NCBI GenBank assembly: GCA_965219095.1
Contig: CBDCMT010000001.1
Coordinates: forward strand, 736,001-800,000
DNA from: Bdellovibrionales bacterium
GTDB taxonomy: Bacteria; Bdellovibrionota; Bdellovibrionia; Bdellovibrionales; UBA1609
Length of the DNA: 64,000 nt
Direction: 5' to 3'
Position numbers and translations under genes: made by a program. Under the pieces are notes generated by a model. It searched no databases. It was not told the DNA's origin and saw nothing but the letters and a program-made list of their open reading frames with translations. Shown here in pieces: positions 50,091 through 61,869 of the stretch. Positions within the stretch are counted from its first letter, which is position 1, and each line of letters opens with the position of its first letter.

Positions 50091-51464
50091 ATGAAAATCT
50101 CCTTGCCAGAATGTCAAACAATCATTGAGCCTTTTAAAATAAAAACCGTAGAGCCTATTTTCCAGCTTTCTGAAGAAGAAAGGAAAAATGAAATTAAAAA
50201 ACACCATTATAACTTGTTTTCTTTGCCGGCAGATAAAGTTTTCTTTGATCTTTTAACTGATAGCGGAACAAGTGCTATGTCGAATACACAGTGGTCAGCT
50301 TTTATGCTGGGTGATGAATCTTATGCAGGAGCAAGAAGCTTTTACAAGTTTAAGAGAACCATTCAAGATCTAACAGGTTTTCAATGTGTAATTCCTACTC
50401 ATCAAGGGCGTTCTGCTGAGTTTTTACTTATGTCGGCTTTAAAACCTAAAGGGAAAAAAATTTTAGGAAACACTCATTTTGATACAACAAGAGCTAATAT
50501 TGAAGTCTCTGGAGGAGAGGCTCTGGATCTTCCTGATTCTGAGGAGAGCATTTTTAAAGGAAATATGAATTTAAAAAAGTTAAGCACTCTCTTAGAGACC
50601 GAGTCTTCAAATGTCAGTGCTGTGATTGTAACTGTGACGAATAATTCTATAGGAGGGCTTCCTGTATCTATGGAAAATATAAAAAAAGTAAAAACTCTTT
50701 GTCAAAAGCATGGAGTGTTTTTTTTCTTGGATATGGCTCGTTTTGCAGAGAATAGTTTCTTTATTAAAAAGTATGAAAAAGCTTATTCTGATCTCAGTGT
50801 TAGAGAAATTGCTAAAAAGATGTTGCACTTAGCTGATGGGGTTTTAATGAGTGCCAAAAAAGATGCTTTTTGTAATATTGGTGGGTTTTTTGCAACCTCT
50901 TATCAAAAGCTTATTGAAGACATGCAAGCCCTTATGGTGGTGACAGAAGGTTTTCCTACTTATGGTGGCTTAGCAGGACGTGATTTAGAAGCTATTTCTA
51001 TAGGGCTAGAGGAGATTTTAGATGAAAGTTATCTTAATTATAGATTGGCCTCAGTTCGTTATTTTGCTGAAGGCTTAAAAAAAGCAGGTTATAAGTTAGT
51101 ACATCCTTTTGGAGGCCATGCTGTATATATTGATGCAGGTCAAACTCTACCTCATATCCCCTCTCTTGAATACCCGGGACAAGCTTTAAGTGTGGCTCTT
51201 TATGAGTACATAGGCATTCGTTCTGTGGAAGTAGGTACGGTAATGTTAGGTTCCTATGATAAAAAAACAGGTAAAGAAATCCCTGCTCCTCAAGAACTTG
51301 TAAGACTTGCTATGCCGAGGAGAGTTTATACTCAAAGTCATGTCGATTATATGATTGAAAAGGCTTCTTATTTGCAGACTTATTTAAAGGAATTAAAAGG
51401 TTATAAGATTACATATCAAGCTAAAGTTTTAAGGCACTTTACAGCCCATTTTCAGCCCCTTTGA
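50091..51464 (+). CDS. tnaA: Tryptophanase (beta-eliminating lyase)
   Basis: DLLTDSGT, THQGR, MSAKKD (PLP Lys); LRHFTA favours tryptophanase over tyrosine phenol-lyase. Confidence 0.85.
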   Translation: MKISLPECQTIIEPFKIKTVEPIFQLSEEERKNEIKKHHYNLFSLPADKVFFDLLTDSGTSAMSNTQWSAFMLGDESYAGARSFYKFKRTIQDLTGFQCVIPTHQGRSAEFLLMSALKPKGKKILGNTHFDTTRANIEVSGGEALDLPDSEESIFKGNMNLKKLSTLLETESSNVSAVIVTVTNNSIGGLPVSMENIKKVKTLCQKHGVFFFLDMARFAENSFFIKKYEKAYSDLSVREIAKKMLHLADGVLMSAKKDAFCNIGGFFATSYQKLIEDMQALMVVTEGFPTYGGLAGRDLEAISIGLEEILDESYLNYRLASVRYFAEGLKKAGYKLVHPFGGHAVYIDAGQTLPHIPSLEYPGQALSVALYEYIGIRSVEVGTVMLGSYDKKTGKEIPAPQELVRLAMPRRVYTQSHVDYMIEKASYLQTYLKELKGYKITYQAKVLRHFTAHFQPL

Positions 51465-51606
51465 TTGAAGCTCTTTTGACTAAAAATCGTTTTGAGTTCA
51501 AAAAGAGTTAAAAAAGTTTCTCTTAAGAACAAGTTAAATCAAGAATGACTTGTCAGTGAAAAGAGCTTAAGATATTCTTACTCAAAACATTAAAAAAATT
51601 TTAAAT

Positions 51607-53190
51607 ATGAAGATCTCCGTTTTAAAAGAAAATTATCCTGATGAAAAAAGAGTTGCCAGCAGTCCAGAGGTAGTGGGTTTTTTTGTCAAAAAGGGCTGGT
51701 CTGTTTATGTGGAATCCTTGGCCGGACAAAAAGCAGGCTTCCATGATATAGAGTATGAAAAACAAGGAGCTTTTGTAGTTTTAGAGAGAACTGAGCTTTT
51801 TTCAGGAAGACCTTTGGTTTTAAAAGTTCGTCCTCCTGAGAGAGAGGAGGTCAAAGACTTTTTTGAAGGTTCCTCTTTAATAAGCTTTTTTTGGCCTTCT
51901 GAAAATCAGAAAGTTTTAGAAGAGTTAAATGCTAAAAAAGTTACGGTTTGGGCAATGGATCAAGTGCCACGCATTACAAGAGCTCAGAGTGTGGACGCTT
52001 TAAGTTCCATGGCGAATGTGGCCGGCTATAGAGCTGTGGTTGTAGCTCTGGAGAGCTTAGGGTGCTTTTTAGGAGCTCAAAGTACTGCAGCAGGTTCTTT
52101 CCCCCCTTCTCGTGTGCTTGTCATAGGGGCGGGAGTGGCAGGTTTAGCTGCTCTAGGTGCTGCCCGCTCTCTGGGAGCTTTAGTGGAAGCTTTTGATACA
52201 CGTGCTGAGGTGAAAGAACAAATTCAAAGTATGGGGGCTGAGTTTTTAACAGTTAACATAGAAGAAAGTGGTTCTGGTCAAGGAGGTTACGGTAAAAAGA
52301 TGAGTGATGCTTTTTTAGAAGCAGAAATTGAGCTTTTTAAAAAAAGAGCTCCTCATGTAGATATTATCATTAGTACAGCCCTTATTCCTGGGCAAAAAGC
52401 CCCCCTTCTTTTAACAGATGAAGTTTTAGAAAAGCTCAAACCGGGAAGTGTGGTTGTGGATTTAGCTTCTGAAAATGGTGGTAATTGTTCTCAAACTCAA
52501 GCAGGAAAAAGAGTGGTATGGAAAGGGATAAAAATTATAGGTGATGTAGATTTTTCCAGCCAAATGGCAATGCAGGCCAGTCAAATGTACTCTAAAAACA
52601 TTTTGAATTTTGTCAAAGAAATTACAAAAGAAACTGGTAGTCTTGTTGTAAGTGCTAAAAACGAAGTTATTTTGAGAACAACAGTTTGCACTCAAGGTAA
52701 AATTTTATGGCCCCATCCTCCTATGGAAACCTCACAGCCTCAAAAAAAAGATAAAACTTCTTTAACAAAGGAAAAAGAAGAATTACAAAAAGCACAAGAA
52801 AGAAAACAGATGAAAGCAAAAAAAACAAAACAAAGAAATATTTATACAATTTTTTTGACAACTCTTATTCTAACATTTTCTCTTATGGCACTATCTAGAG
52901 TTTTACCTAGTGAGTTTATGTCTCATTTGATGGTTTTTATTTTGTCTTGTTTTGTAGGTTGGCAGGTGATTTGGAATGTGACTGCAGCTCTTCATACACC
53001 TTTAATGAGTGTGACCAACGCCATTAGCGGGATCATCGTGATTGGGGCTTTGGCTCAAATCACAAGTTCTAACCTCTATGTTCTAGCTCTTGTTTTTGTA
53101 GCGATTTTTGTAGCCACCATTAACATTGTGGGTGGTTTTTGGGTGACTAAACGTATGCTTAGTATGTTTAGAAAAGAGGATGAATTATGA
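51607..53190 (+). CDS. pntA: NAD(P) transhydrogenase alpha subunit
   Basis: [33 protein letters not shown]. Confidence 0.96.
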   Translation: MKISVLKENYPDEKRVASSPEVVGFFVKKGWSVYVESLAGQKAGFHDIEYEKQGAFVVLERTELFSGRPLVLKVRPPEREEVKDFFEGSSLISFFWPSENQKVLEELNAKKVTVWAMDQVPRITRAQSVDALSSMANVAGYRAVVVALESLGCFLGAQSTAAGSFPPSRVLVIGAGVAGLAALGAARSLGALVEAFDTRAEVKEQIQSMGAEFLTVNIEESGSGQGGYGKKMSDAFLEAEIELFKKRAPHVDIIISTALIPGQKAPLLLTDEVLEKLKPGSVVVDLASENGGNCSQTQAGKRVVWKGIKIIGDVDFSSQMAMQASQMYSKNILNFVKEITKETGSLVVSAKNEVILRTTVCTQGKILWPHPPMETSQPQKKDKTSLTKEKEELQKAQERKQMKAKKTKQRNIYTIFLTTLILTFSLMALSRVLPSEFMSHLMVFILSCFVGWQVIWNVTAALHTPLMSVTNAISGIIVIGALAQITSSNLYVLALVFVAIFVATINIVGGFWVTKRMLSMFRKEDEL

Positions 53191-54593
53191 ATGCAGGTTG
53201 GATGACAGCAGGTTATATTGTTTCAGCTGTTTTGTTTATTTTAAGTTTAGGAAGCTTAAGTCAACAAGAAACAGCAAGAAAAGGCAACCTTTATGGCATG
53301 TGGGGTATGTTCTTAGCCTTGGTTGTTGTGACCACAGGGGTGTTTTATTTTTCAGAATATACATCCAGGATAGTCGTCCTTGGTTTGGTTTTATCTTTGT
53401 CCTTAGGAAGTTTTGTGGGAGCTATGGTGGCCAGAAGAGTGGCTATGACACAAATGCCACAATTGATAGCTATTTTACATAGTTTTGTTGGTTTAGCAGC
53501 TGTTTTAGTGGATATAGCTCATTATATTTCTTTTGAAGGTATTGGTATTGAAAAAACAATTCATGATTTAGAAATTTACTTAGGTATTTTTATTGGAGCT
53601 ATCACTTTCACAGGATCGGTTGTGGCATTTTTAAAGTTGCAAGGTTTGATCTCAGGAAAACCCCTGCTTCTTCCCGCTCGTCATGTACTTAACGTTTTAT
53701 GTCTTCTGGTATGTTTGTTTTTAGCTTTTGTGTTTGTAAGTGCTTCTTCTGAGTCTGCTTGGCTGGCCTTATGGATTATGTTGGGAATTTCTTTGTTTTT
53801 AGGTTTTCATATGGTTATGGCTATTGGAGGAGCGGATATGCCTGTTGTGGTATCTATGCTAAATAGCTATTCAGGATGGGCTGCTGTAGCAGTTGGTTTT
53901 ACCTTAAATAATGATCTTTTGATTGTTACAGGGGCTTTAGTGGGTTCTAGCGGAGCCATTTTAAGCTACATTATGTGCAAGGCTATGAATCGTAATTTTT
54001 TTGGTGTTATTTTAGGAGGTTTTGGCACTCATGAAGGAATTGTAAGTCGAGATCCTCACATTGATGGTGGAGTTCAGGAGTGGTCAACTAGTGAGGTTGT
54101 GAAAGTTTTAAAAAATGAGTGTAAAGATGTTGTGATCGTTCCAGGCTATGGGATGGCTGTAGCTCAAGCACAAAATGCTGTTAGTGAGTTGATGCATAAA
54201 ATGCAAGGTTATAACATAAGTTTACGTTTTGCCATTCACCCTGTAGCAGGACGCCTGCCGGGGCATATGAATGTTTTGTTGGCAGAGGCAAGAATTCCTT
54301 ATAAGTTAGTTTTTGAGTTAGATGAGATCAATAAGGACTTTCCTAAAACAGACATGGTTTTCATTATTGGTGCTAATGATATTGTCAACCCCTCGGCCTT
54401 AGAAGATGAAAATAGCCCTATTGCAGGTATGCCTGTTTTAGAAGTCTGGAAAGCAAAACATGTGGTGGTTTTAAAAAGAAGTATGAGATCGGGCTATGCT
54501 GGTGTAGATAACCCTTTGTTTTATAAAAGCAATACAAGGATGCTGTTTGGTGATGCTAAGGACAGTGTCCTGTCTTTATTAGAAAAACTTTAA
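53187..54593 (+). CDS. pntB: NAD(P) transhydrogenase beta subunit
   Basis: [42 protein letters not shown]. Confidence 0.97.
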   Translation: MNAGWMTAGYIVSAVLFILSLGSLSQQETARKGNLYGMWGMFLALVVVTTGVFYFSEYTSRIVVLGLVLSLSLGSFVGAMVARRVAMTQMPQLIAILHSFVGLAAVLVDIAHYISFEGIGIEKTIHDLEIYLGIFIGAITFTGSVVAFLKLQGLISGKPLLLPARHVLNVLCLLVCLFLAFVFVSASSESAWLALWIMLGISLFLGFHMVMAIGGADMPVVVSMLNSYSGWAAVAVGFTLNNDLLIVTGALVGSSGAILSYIMCKAMNRNFFGVILGGFGTHEGIVSRDPHIDGGVQEWSTSEVVKVLKNECKDVVIVPGYGMAVAQAQNAVSELMHKMQGYNISLRFAIHPVAGRLPGHMNVLLAEARIPYKLVFELDEINKDFPKTDMVFIIGANDIVNPSALEDENSPIAGMPVLEVWKAKHVVVLKRSMRSGYAGVDNPLFYKSNTRMLFGDAKDSVLSLLEKL

Positions 54594-54639
54594 GAATGAA
54601 AAAATCAGTTACACAATTTAATTTACAGGCTCTTTGAAG

Positions 54640-54745
54640 GTAACTGTTCACTTAAATTCTAGTGATTTTAATGTTTAGAGAGGTATTCAGTAGCCATGTC
54701 AACGAAGGATAGATTCTGTTTTTTGGCCGTTCGAGCGACACTCAT
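54640..54745 (-). mobile_element. IS66-A right-end fragment
   Basis: Matches 40073-40178. Confidence 0.85.
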
Positions 54746-54836
54746 CTGTGATAGTTGCGACTTTGGCAAGTTATAACAGAGAAGCCCCCGCATGCTTGGA
54801 CGGAGGCCTATTTAAAAACAAGAGTTCTTTTAATTT

Positions 54837-55400
54837 TCAATCTTTTTGAAGAAATAAAGTTACTTTATTGCAAACCACTGCAAACATTGTTCCTAATATC
54901 AATCCTGCTCTAGTCGCTGGAGCAACTTTTACTGCTAAAGCTGAAAATGTGTCTCCCATAAATACACTTGCGATTATTGCTGATGTAAACCCTACAGCGC
55001 CAGTAAACGCACCTGTATCCACTGCCACATCGGCACTGCTCTTATTAGGACTATAATGTGCTTGCATCATACCTATAGAACAACCAGAACCAACACTTAA
55101 AGCACCAACAACACCAACAGCAATAATAGGAGCAACTGCAACTTGTACTCCACCAGCTGTATGTAAACTTGCTGTTTTAGATATGAGTTCTGCCTCAGCT
55201 AACTCTTGATCTCCGCATTTTTCCAAGTCAAATAAGGACTTACTTGAAAAGCTTGGATTTAAAAAATGGGGAGTGTACTTTCCTATATCCTCAGAGGGGA
55301 TCTTACAATACTCCCCTGCCTCATTCTCTACAGCAATAGAAGCTACCTTGTAGTGTTCAATAATGTATTTAGTAAGCTCTTCCTTAGCTATAGCCTGACT
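54837..55400 (-). pseudogene. Constant/variable glycine-rich protein, copy 2, 5'-truncated by ISL3
   Basis: 55134-55400 near-identical to 45221-45487; the ORF-track N-terminus is ISL3 sequence. Confidence 0.7.
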
Positions 55401-56912
55401 GGCTCCTCCCGGGAATCTGTGGGTGAAAAGTAGTAGAAATCCCCCAAAAGAGCTCATATTAATCAAAGTAAGAGTAAGACATTCTATCTTGTATTTTTGA
55501 GTTCTTTGAGGCCCTTACTGGCCTCTATCACCTCCGGTGATTGAACTCAAAAACATTCTTTTATTTGCTGTATTACATTAAAATTTTAAAAAAGAAGCAC
55601 CTACTTCCCAGATGCCTTAAAATGTTATTCAAAAAAAAAAAAAAAAAGGAGGGAAGAGATGCTTTTGAAGACTATACTAAATGATTGTTTAAGATGGAAG
55701 TCTTTTGTATACGGAGACATTTATTTTTCAAAAGATAGAAAGTCAATTAATGTTCCTATTAAGGCTCGTAAAAATGGCCAAGCTTTTTGTAGTGTTTGTA
55801 AGAAGCCCTGTTCAGTGTATGACAGCAGTAAATCATCACGGGACTTTGAATCCCTTCCTATTTTAAGTTACAGGGTGTTTTTTGTTTATTTTGTAAGAAG
55901 AGTTAATTGTTCTTGCTGTGGAGTAAAAGTTGAGTATTTACCTTGGGCAGATGGGAAGAAAAACCTAACAATTTTTTACATGAAGTACTTAGCTGACTGG
56001 TGTCGTCACCTGTCTTGGAAAGAGGTTTCTTGTAAGTTTCAGGTCAGTTGGAATCAGGTCTATGCTTCGGTAGAATGGGTCGTAGAATATGGTTTAAAAC
56101 AAAGGGTTTTAAAGGGAATACAAGCTATAGGTGTAGATGAAATACAATGGAAAAAGAACCATCAGTATCTCACCTTAGTCTATGAAATAAGCAAAGAAAG
56201 TGTTCGTTTGCTATGGATAGGAGAAAAAAGAACAGAGGAGAGTTTCAACAAGTTTTTTGATTTACTAGGAGAGAAGTCAAAAGATATACAGTTTGTGTGT
56301 TCTGATATGTGGAAGCCCTATTTAAAAGTAATAAAGGAAAGGGCAAGTCAAGCTTTGAATATATTAGATCGGTTTCATATCGTAGCAAGACTCAATAAGG
56401 CTTTAGACGAAGTGAGAGCTTCAGAACACAAAAAAATGAAAGAAGACGGGTATGAACCCCTTTTAACAAAAGCTAGATGGCCCTTGTTAAAAAATGCAGA
56501 AAATTTAAAATCTTATGAAAAAGTAAAATTAAGGCATTTAATACAGTACAATTTAAAAAGTATCCGCTGTTATCTTTTAAAAGAAGACTTCCGACAGTTA
56601 TGGACCTATGTTTCACCAACTTGGGCTGGTAAATTTATAGACAGTTGGACGAGACGAGTCATGCTTTCAAAAATTGAACCTATGAAAAGAGAAGCAAAAA
56701 CCATACGAAGACATAAGCTACTTATTCTTAATTACTTCAAGGCTAAAAAAGCCTTCTCCTCAGGGATTGTAGAGGGTTTAAACAACAAAGTAAAACTCAC
56801 TATGAGAAAATCTTACGGCTTTAGAACCTCTAAAGCTATAAAAATCGCCTTATATCATAACCTTGGAAAACTGCCAGAACCTCCGGGAACCCACAGATTC
56901 TTTTGAGGAGGC
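55401..56912 (+). mobile_element. ISL3 family element, copy 3 (transposase 55659-56906)
   Basis: Same ends as the other copies; flanks GCCTGACT / CTCTTTTT differ, so no TSD. Confidence 0.94.
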
Positions 56913-57628
56913 CTCTTTTTTATACAATGAAAATGTTTACTCTCATGTAAGGACTAAGGTAGAAATAAATGGAGTTATGTGTGTAGCACATATTTTTTTA
57001 GATAAAGAAAGAAGAGCAAGGGAGGAGAGTTTGTTGATAAGAAAAATGTCATATTTGGAATCAATTTTTTCAGAGAAGGGTTTTAAAGATGAAATAAGTG
57101 CCGAAGAATATATTAAAGAAACAATGAAGTCAAAGAGAAGATTCTTTAAAGTAAAGAAGAGAAACAAAAGGGTTACTATAGAAAGAGATGAAGTTTTCCT
57201 CAAAGAGGCAGTTATGCAAATGGGAAAGTTTATTTTTATTACAAATGAAAGGGGTTTAGATCGGAAGGATGTGTTATCGCTTTATCGTAGTAGAGATGGG
57301 ATAGAAAGATTATTTAGATCTTTTAAGCACGATATTCTTGAAAAAAGGAGTAGGGTAAAATCATCCACTTCAATGAAGGGAAGTGTTTTTATAAACTTTT
57401 TAGCTTTGATTTTAATTTCTCATATTGATAAGATTATGAATCAGGAAAAGTTGTACAAAAAAGTTACTAAAAAGGAGTTATTTAGAACACTTGATCAACT
57501 TAAAGTTTACCATCTTGCAAATGATAAGATCATTTTAGCCGAAGTATCAAAACGTCAAAAAGAAATTTTTTCGGCGTTTAAATTGTTGAAAAAGCTCAAA
57601 CCTAGTTATAACTCAACGGGATTTTAGG
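56913..57628 (+). mobile_element. IS1634 3' half
   Basis: Matches the reverse complement of 20538-21253. Confidence 0.92.
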
Positions 57629-57638
57629 TTATTCAGGA

Positions 57639-58070
57639 GTGGATCAAGCCCTGATTCCTATGCCTAAACGATACCGCAAAAAAGGCAATATCCCTGCTTT
57701 TGAGATCGATATAGAAAGGGTAGCAAACAAAGAAGACTTAGATTCCTGCTTTAAAGACCCCTATCTTCAAGCAAGAATTACTTCAGTTTTAACAAAATCT
57801 CATTTAAAAAAGATGAAAAAAAATGAACTAAAAGCTATAAAAGATTACATACAAAGCCATACTTGCCACAATCTTAGTTGGATGAAAATACGAAAAAATG
57901 AAAGAGTGATCAAAAGAAGCCTAGGCCATAGATGTCCTGGTTTATATGGCATGTCGGGGTCTTTTATGAATTTTGAGTGTCATAACAAGAAAGCTCTTTT
58001 TGTTCATGAGGGACATCTCTTCATAGCTGCTAGTGATGAAGTTCACTCAGTAGAAGTCAAGGGCTGTTAA
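57639..58070 (+). pseudogene. Hypothetical gene fragment bounded by IS ends
   Basis: Starts just after the IS1634 end; stop codon lies within the GTAA-type end at 58057-58083. Confidence 0.45.
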
Positions 58071-58147
58071 GAAACCGACTTACGCTAAACCACAGCATTC
58101 AAGCACTTCAAGCCTCTGTAGTCAGTCGCCCATAACCCTCTTTTATT

Positions 58148-58190
58148 GTAACTGTTCACTTAACTAGTGATTTTAATGTTTAGAGAGAGG
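58148..58190 (-). mobile_element. Degenerate IS66-A right end
   Basis: GTAACTGTTCACTTAA-CTAGTGATTTTAATGTTTAGAGAG. Confidence 0.7.
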
Positions 58191-58289
58191 TGGATTCAAT
58201 AAGTGCTAAGGATATTTTAGTTCACTTAAATTCTCCTTAATGAATTGGATGACAGACTGTGATGACGGAAAAATTCTTTTCTCTAACTC

Positions 58290-59540
58290 TGATCTTCCCC
58301 TGTTTTTGCGGACAGTCAATTTTCTCTTAAAGTCTCCATAAAATGGAGGTAAAAGAAAGAATGGAAAAAGTAAAACAGTACTCGGAAGAGTTTAAAAAGC
58401 AAGCCATTGAATTGGCAGAGGAAATAGGTGCAAAGGAAGCCTCAGAGAAGCTAGGACTGAGAAATTTCCAAGTGATAAGCTCTTGGAAGCGTTTTCTAAA
58501 GCCTGAAGTAGAAAGACAAGCTTCCCATGACTTGGCTTCGGCATTGGAGGAAATAAAGAGGTTAAAAAAGGAGCTGGTCTATGAGAGGCGGAGTGTAGGT
58601 ATATTGAAAGAGGCAGCGGCTTTTTTTTCAAAGGAAATCCTGAAATGAGATTTAAGGCTATGTTTTATGTAAAAGAGAAAGGGCATCCAGTGCTTCGCAT
58701 TTGCGAATTATTAAGAGGATCTCGTTCTGGTTTTTATAGTTTTTTAAAAACCAGGGGAAAGCTTGAAAAGGATAAAAATCTGGAGAAAAACATAGAATCT
58801 ATTTTTAAAAAAAATAAAGGCTGTTATGGTTCCCCCAGGGTGTATAGGGAATTAAAGCGTTGCGGAGTGAGTGCTGGAGAAAACAAAGTAGCTCGAATTA
58901 TGAAACTAAAGAATCTCAGTGCCCGTCAGAAAAAACCCTATGTTCCTAGAACAACAAAGAATAACCCTCTCATGATTAAGTCTCCTCGGTTGTTTAAGAC
59001 AGGACAGAGCCAAGCAGGAAAAGAAAACCAGGTATGGTGTTCGGATTTAACCTATATTCCTTTTAGAGATAAATTTCTGTATTTGGTTGTATTTTTAGAT
59101 GTCTATAATCGAGAGATTAAGTCTTGGAAGCTCTGTGAGAGCTTGGACGGGGTTCATTCAAAACAGGCTCTGAGAGCCGCAGTCCAATCTGTTTCTGGGA
59201 ACTTAGAGGGCTTGATAATCCACTCGGATCAAGGGGTTCAATATTGTTGTGAAGGGTTTAGAAAAGAATTGAAATTCTTTGGCCTCAAGCAATCTATGTC
59301 TAGGAAAGGAAATTGTTATGATAATGCGTTTGTGGAGAGCTTTTTCCATACGTTGAAAGATGAACTGGAATACAAAGACTGTACAACGAAAGAAGAGTTG
59401 GAGAAAAAAATTGCAATTTACATGGATTGGTATAACAAGGTAAGAATGCATTCTTCCTTGAAATACATGAGCCCAAAAGAATTTAAACAAAGGAGGGCTT
59501 TAAGAACATAAAAACTGTCCACTTTTTTGGGGGAAGATCA
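58290..59540 (+). mobile_element. IS3 family element, intact (orfA 58343-58648, orfB 58645-59511)
   Basis: TG...CA IRs, 3-bp TSD CTC, ATGA overlap and a T-run slippery site at the end of orfA. Confidence 0.95.
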
Positions 59541-60249
59541 CTCCTTTAAAATGTAATAGACGTTTATGATCTGACAGTTACCCTTTCTGGGTTGATAAAA
59601 AACTGTCTGTCAGTTTTCGTTCTGTTCAATCATCTTTTGCCTTACTTTTTGTTTTCCGTTAAAATGTAATAGACGTTATATGATCTGACAGTTACCCTTT
59701 CTGGGTTGATAAAAAACTGTCTGTCAGTTTTCGTTCTGTTCAATCATCTTTTGCCTTACTTTTTGTTTTCCGTCAAGGAAAGTTTCCATAGGTGTTCGAC
59801 CACAACACATTTTTCCCTGATGAGTCCTCCTTTCATTATATTTTACAAGCCACAAGTCAAGGTCAGACTGCAACTCTTCTATGCTTTTGTACACTTTTTT
59901 TCTAAACTCCACTTGATAAAACTCCTCTAAAATTGTTCTATGAAATCTTTCACAGATGCCATTGGTTTGAGGATGTCTTGCCTTTGTTTTTGTGTGCTCT
60001 ATATCATTGATAGCCAAATAAAGCTCATAATCGTGACGATCTTGAACTCCACAGAACTCTGTACCTCTATCTGTTAACATACGAAGCAGGGGCACATCAT
60101 GGTCTTCAAAAAAAGGAAACACTCTATCATTGAGAAGGTCAGCTGCTGTAATAGGTGTTTTCGTTTTATAGAGCTTACAGAAAGCAATTTTTGAGTAAGT
60201 GTCCACAAAGGTTTGTTGATAAAGACGTCCTACACCTTTCATAGTTCCC

Positions 60250-61500
60250 TGATCTTCCCCCAAAAAAGTGGACAGTTTTTATGTTCTTAAAGCCCTCCTT
60301 TGTTTAAATTCTTTTGGGCTCATGTATTTCAAGGAAGAATGCATTCTTACCTTGTTATACCAATCCATGTAAATTGCAATTTTTTTTTCCAACTCTTCCT
60401 TTGTTGTACAGTCTTTGTATTCCAGTTCATCTTTCAACGTATGGAAAAAGCTCTCCACAAACGCATTATCATAACAATTTCCTTTCCTAGACATAGATTG
60501 CTTGAGGCCAAAGAATTTCAATTCTTTTCTAAACCCTTCACAACAATATTGAACCCCTTGATCCGAGTGGATTATCAAGCCCTCTAAGTTCCCAGAAACA
60601 GATTGGACTGCGGCTCTCAGAGCCTGTTTTGAATGAACCCCGTCCAAGCTCTCACAGAGCTTCCAAGACTTAATCTCTCGATTATAGACATCTAAAAATA
60701 CAACCAAATACAGAAATTTATCTCTAAAAGGAATATAGGTTAAATCCGAACACCATACCTGGTTTTCTTTTCCTGCTTGGCTCTGTCCTGTCTTAAACAA
60801 CCGAGGAGACTTAATCATGAGAGGGTTATTCTTTGTTGTTCTAGGAACATAGGGTTTTTTCTGACGGGCACTGAGATTCTTTAGTTTCATAATTCGAGCT
60901 ACTTTGTTTTCTCCAGCACTCACTCCGCAACGCTTTAATTCCCTATACACCCTGGGGGAACCATAACAGCCTTTATTTTTTTTAAAAATAGATTCTATGT
61001 TTTTCTCCAGATTTTTATCCTTTTCAAGCTTTCCCCTGGTTTTTAAAAAACTATAAAAACCAGAACGAGATCCTCCTAATAATTCGCAGATGCGAAGCAC
61101 TGGATGCCCTTTCTCTTTTACATAAAACATAGCCTTAAATCTCATTTCAGGATTTCCTTTGAAAAAAAAGCCGCTGCCTCTTTCAATATACCTACACTCC
61201 GCCTCTCATAGACCAGCTCCTTTTTTAACCTCTTTATTTCCTCCAATGCCGAAGCCAAGTCATGGGAAGCTTGTCTTTCTACTTCAGGCTTTAGAAAACG
61301 CTTCCAAGAGCTTATCACTTGGAAATTTCTCAGTCCTAGCTTCTCTGAGGCTTCCTTTGCACCTATTTCCTCTGCCAATTCAATGGCTTGCTTTTTAAAC
61401 TCTTCCGAGTACTGTTTTACTTTTTCCATTCTTTCTTTTACCTCCATTTTATGGAGACTTTAAGAGAAAATTGACTGTCCGCAGAAACAGGGGAAGTTCA
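60250..61500 (-). mobile_element. IS3 family element, intact (orfA 61142-61447, orfB 60279-61145)
   Basis: IRs as in the other copies; 4-bp TSD TCCC. Confidence 0.95.
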
Positions 61501-61602
61501 TCCCACATAAAAAGTGTCCTGTGAGCCTAAATAACCAGGATGAGCTGTCTCTACCTCTCCGCACTCTAAATCCTCTTGTTTCTTCTTCTCTAGGGCTTGT
61601 AA

Positions 61603-61869
61603 TACCATTTCCAAAAATTAATTCGACATTCTTTTAACGCATTGCATCCTGGCTTTCTGATAAAACTCTGTTAAATTTTTAGAGTCATGTCGAAAAAAGA
61701 TTTAGTTACACAGATTCAAGGGTATGATTTTCTGGCTACTTACAAAGTGGAAAGAAGTGCCAACATCAAGATAAAACTCCAAGCTTTGCAGCATATGCAA
61801 GACGGAAAATCGATTCAAGAAACAGCAGGTATAGTTTTCTATCATCATCACAGTATCAAATCCTGGTTA
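61603..61869 (+). mobile_element. IS630-B 5' fragment
   Basis: End TACCATTTCCAAAAATT; ORF 61687 onward is cut at IKSWL. Confidence 0.85.

Noticed and set aside
45161..55400. Diversity-generating retroelement explanation for the constant/variable pair
   Set aside because: No reverse transcriptase in the window; differences are not adenine-restricted and include length changes
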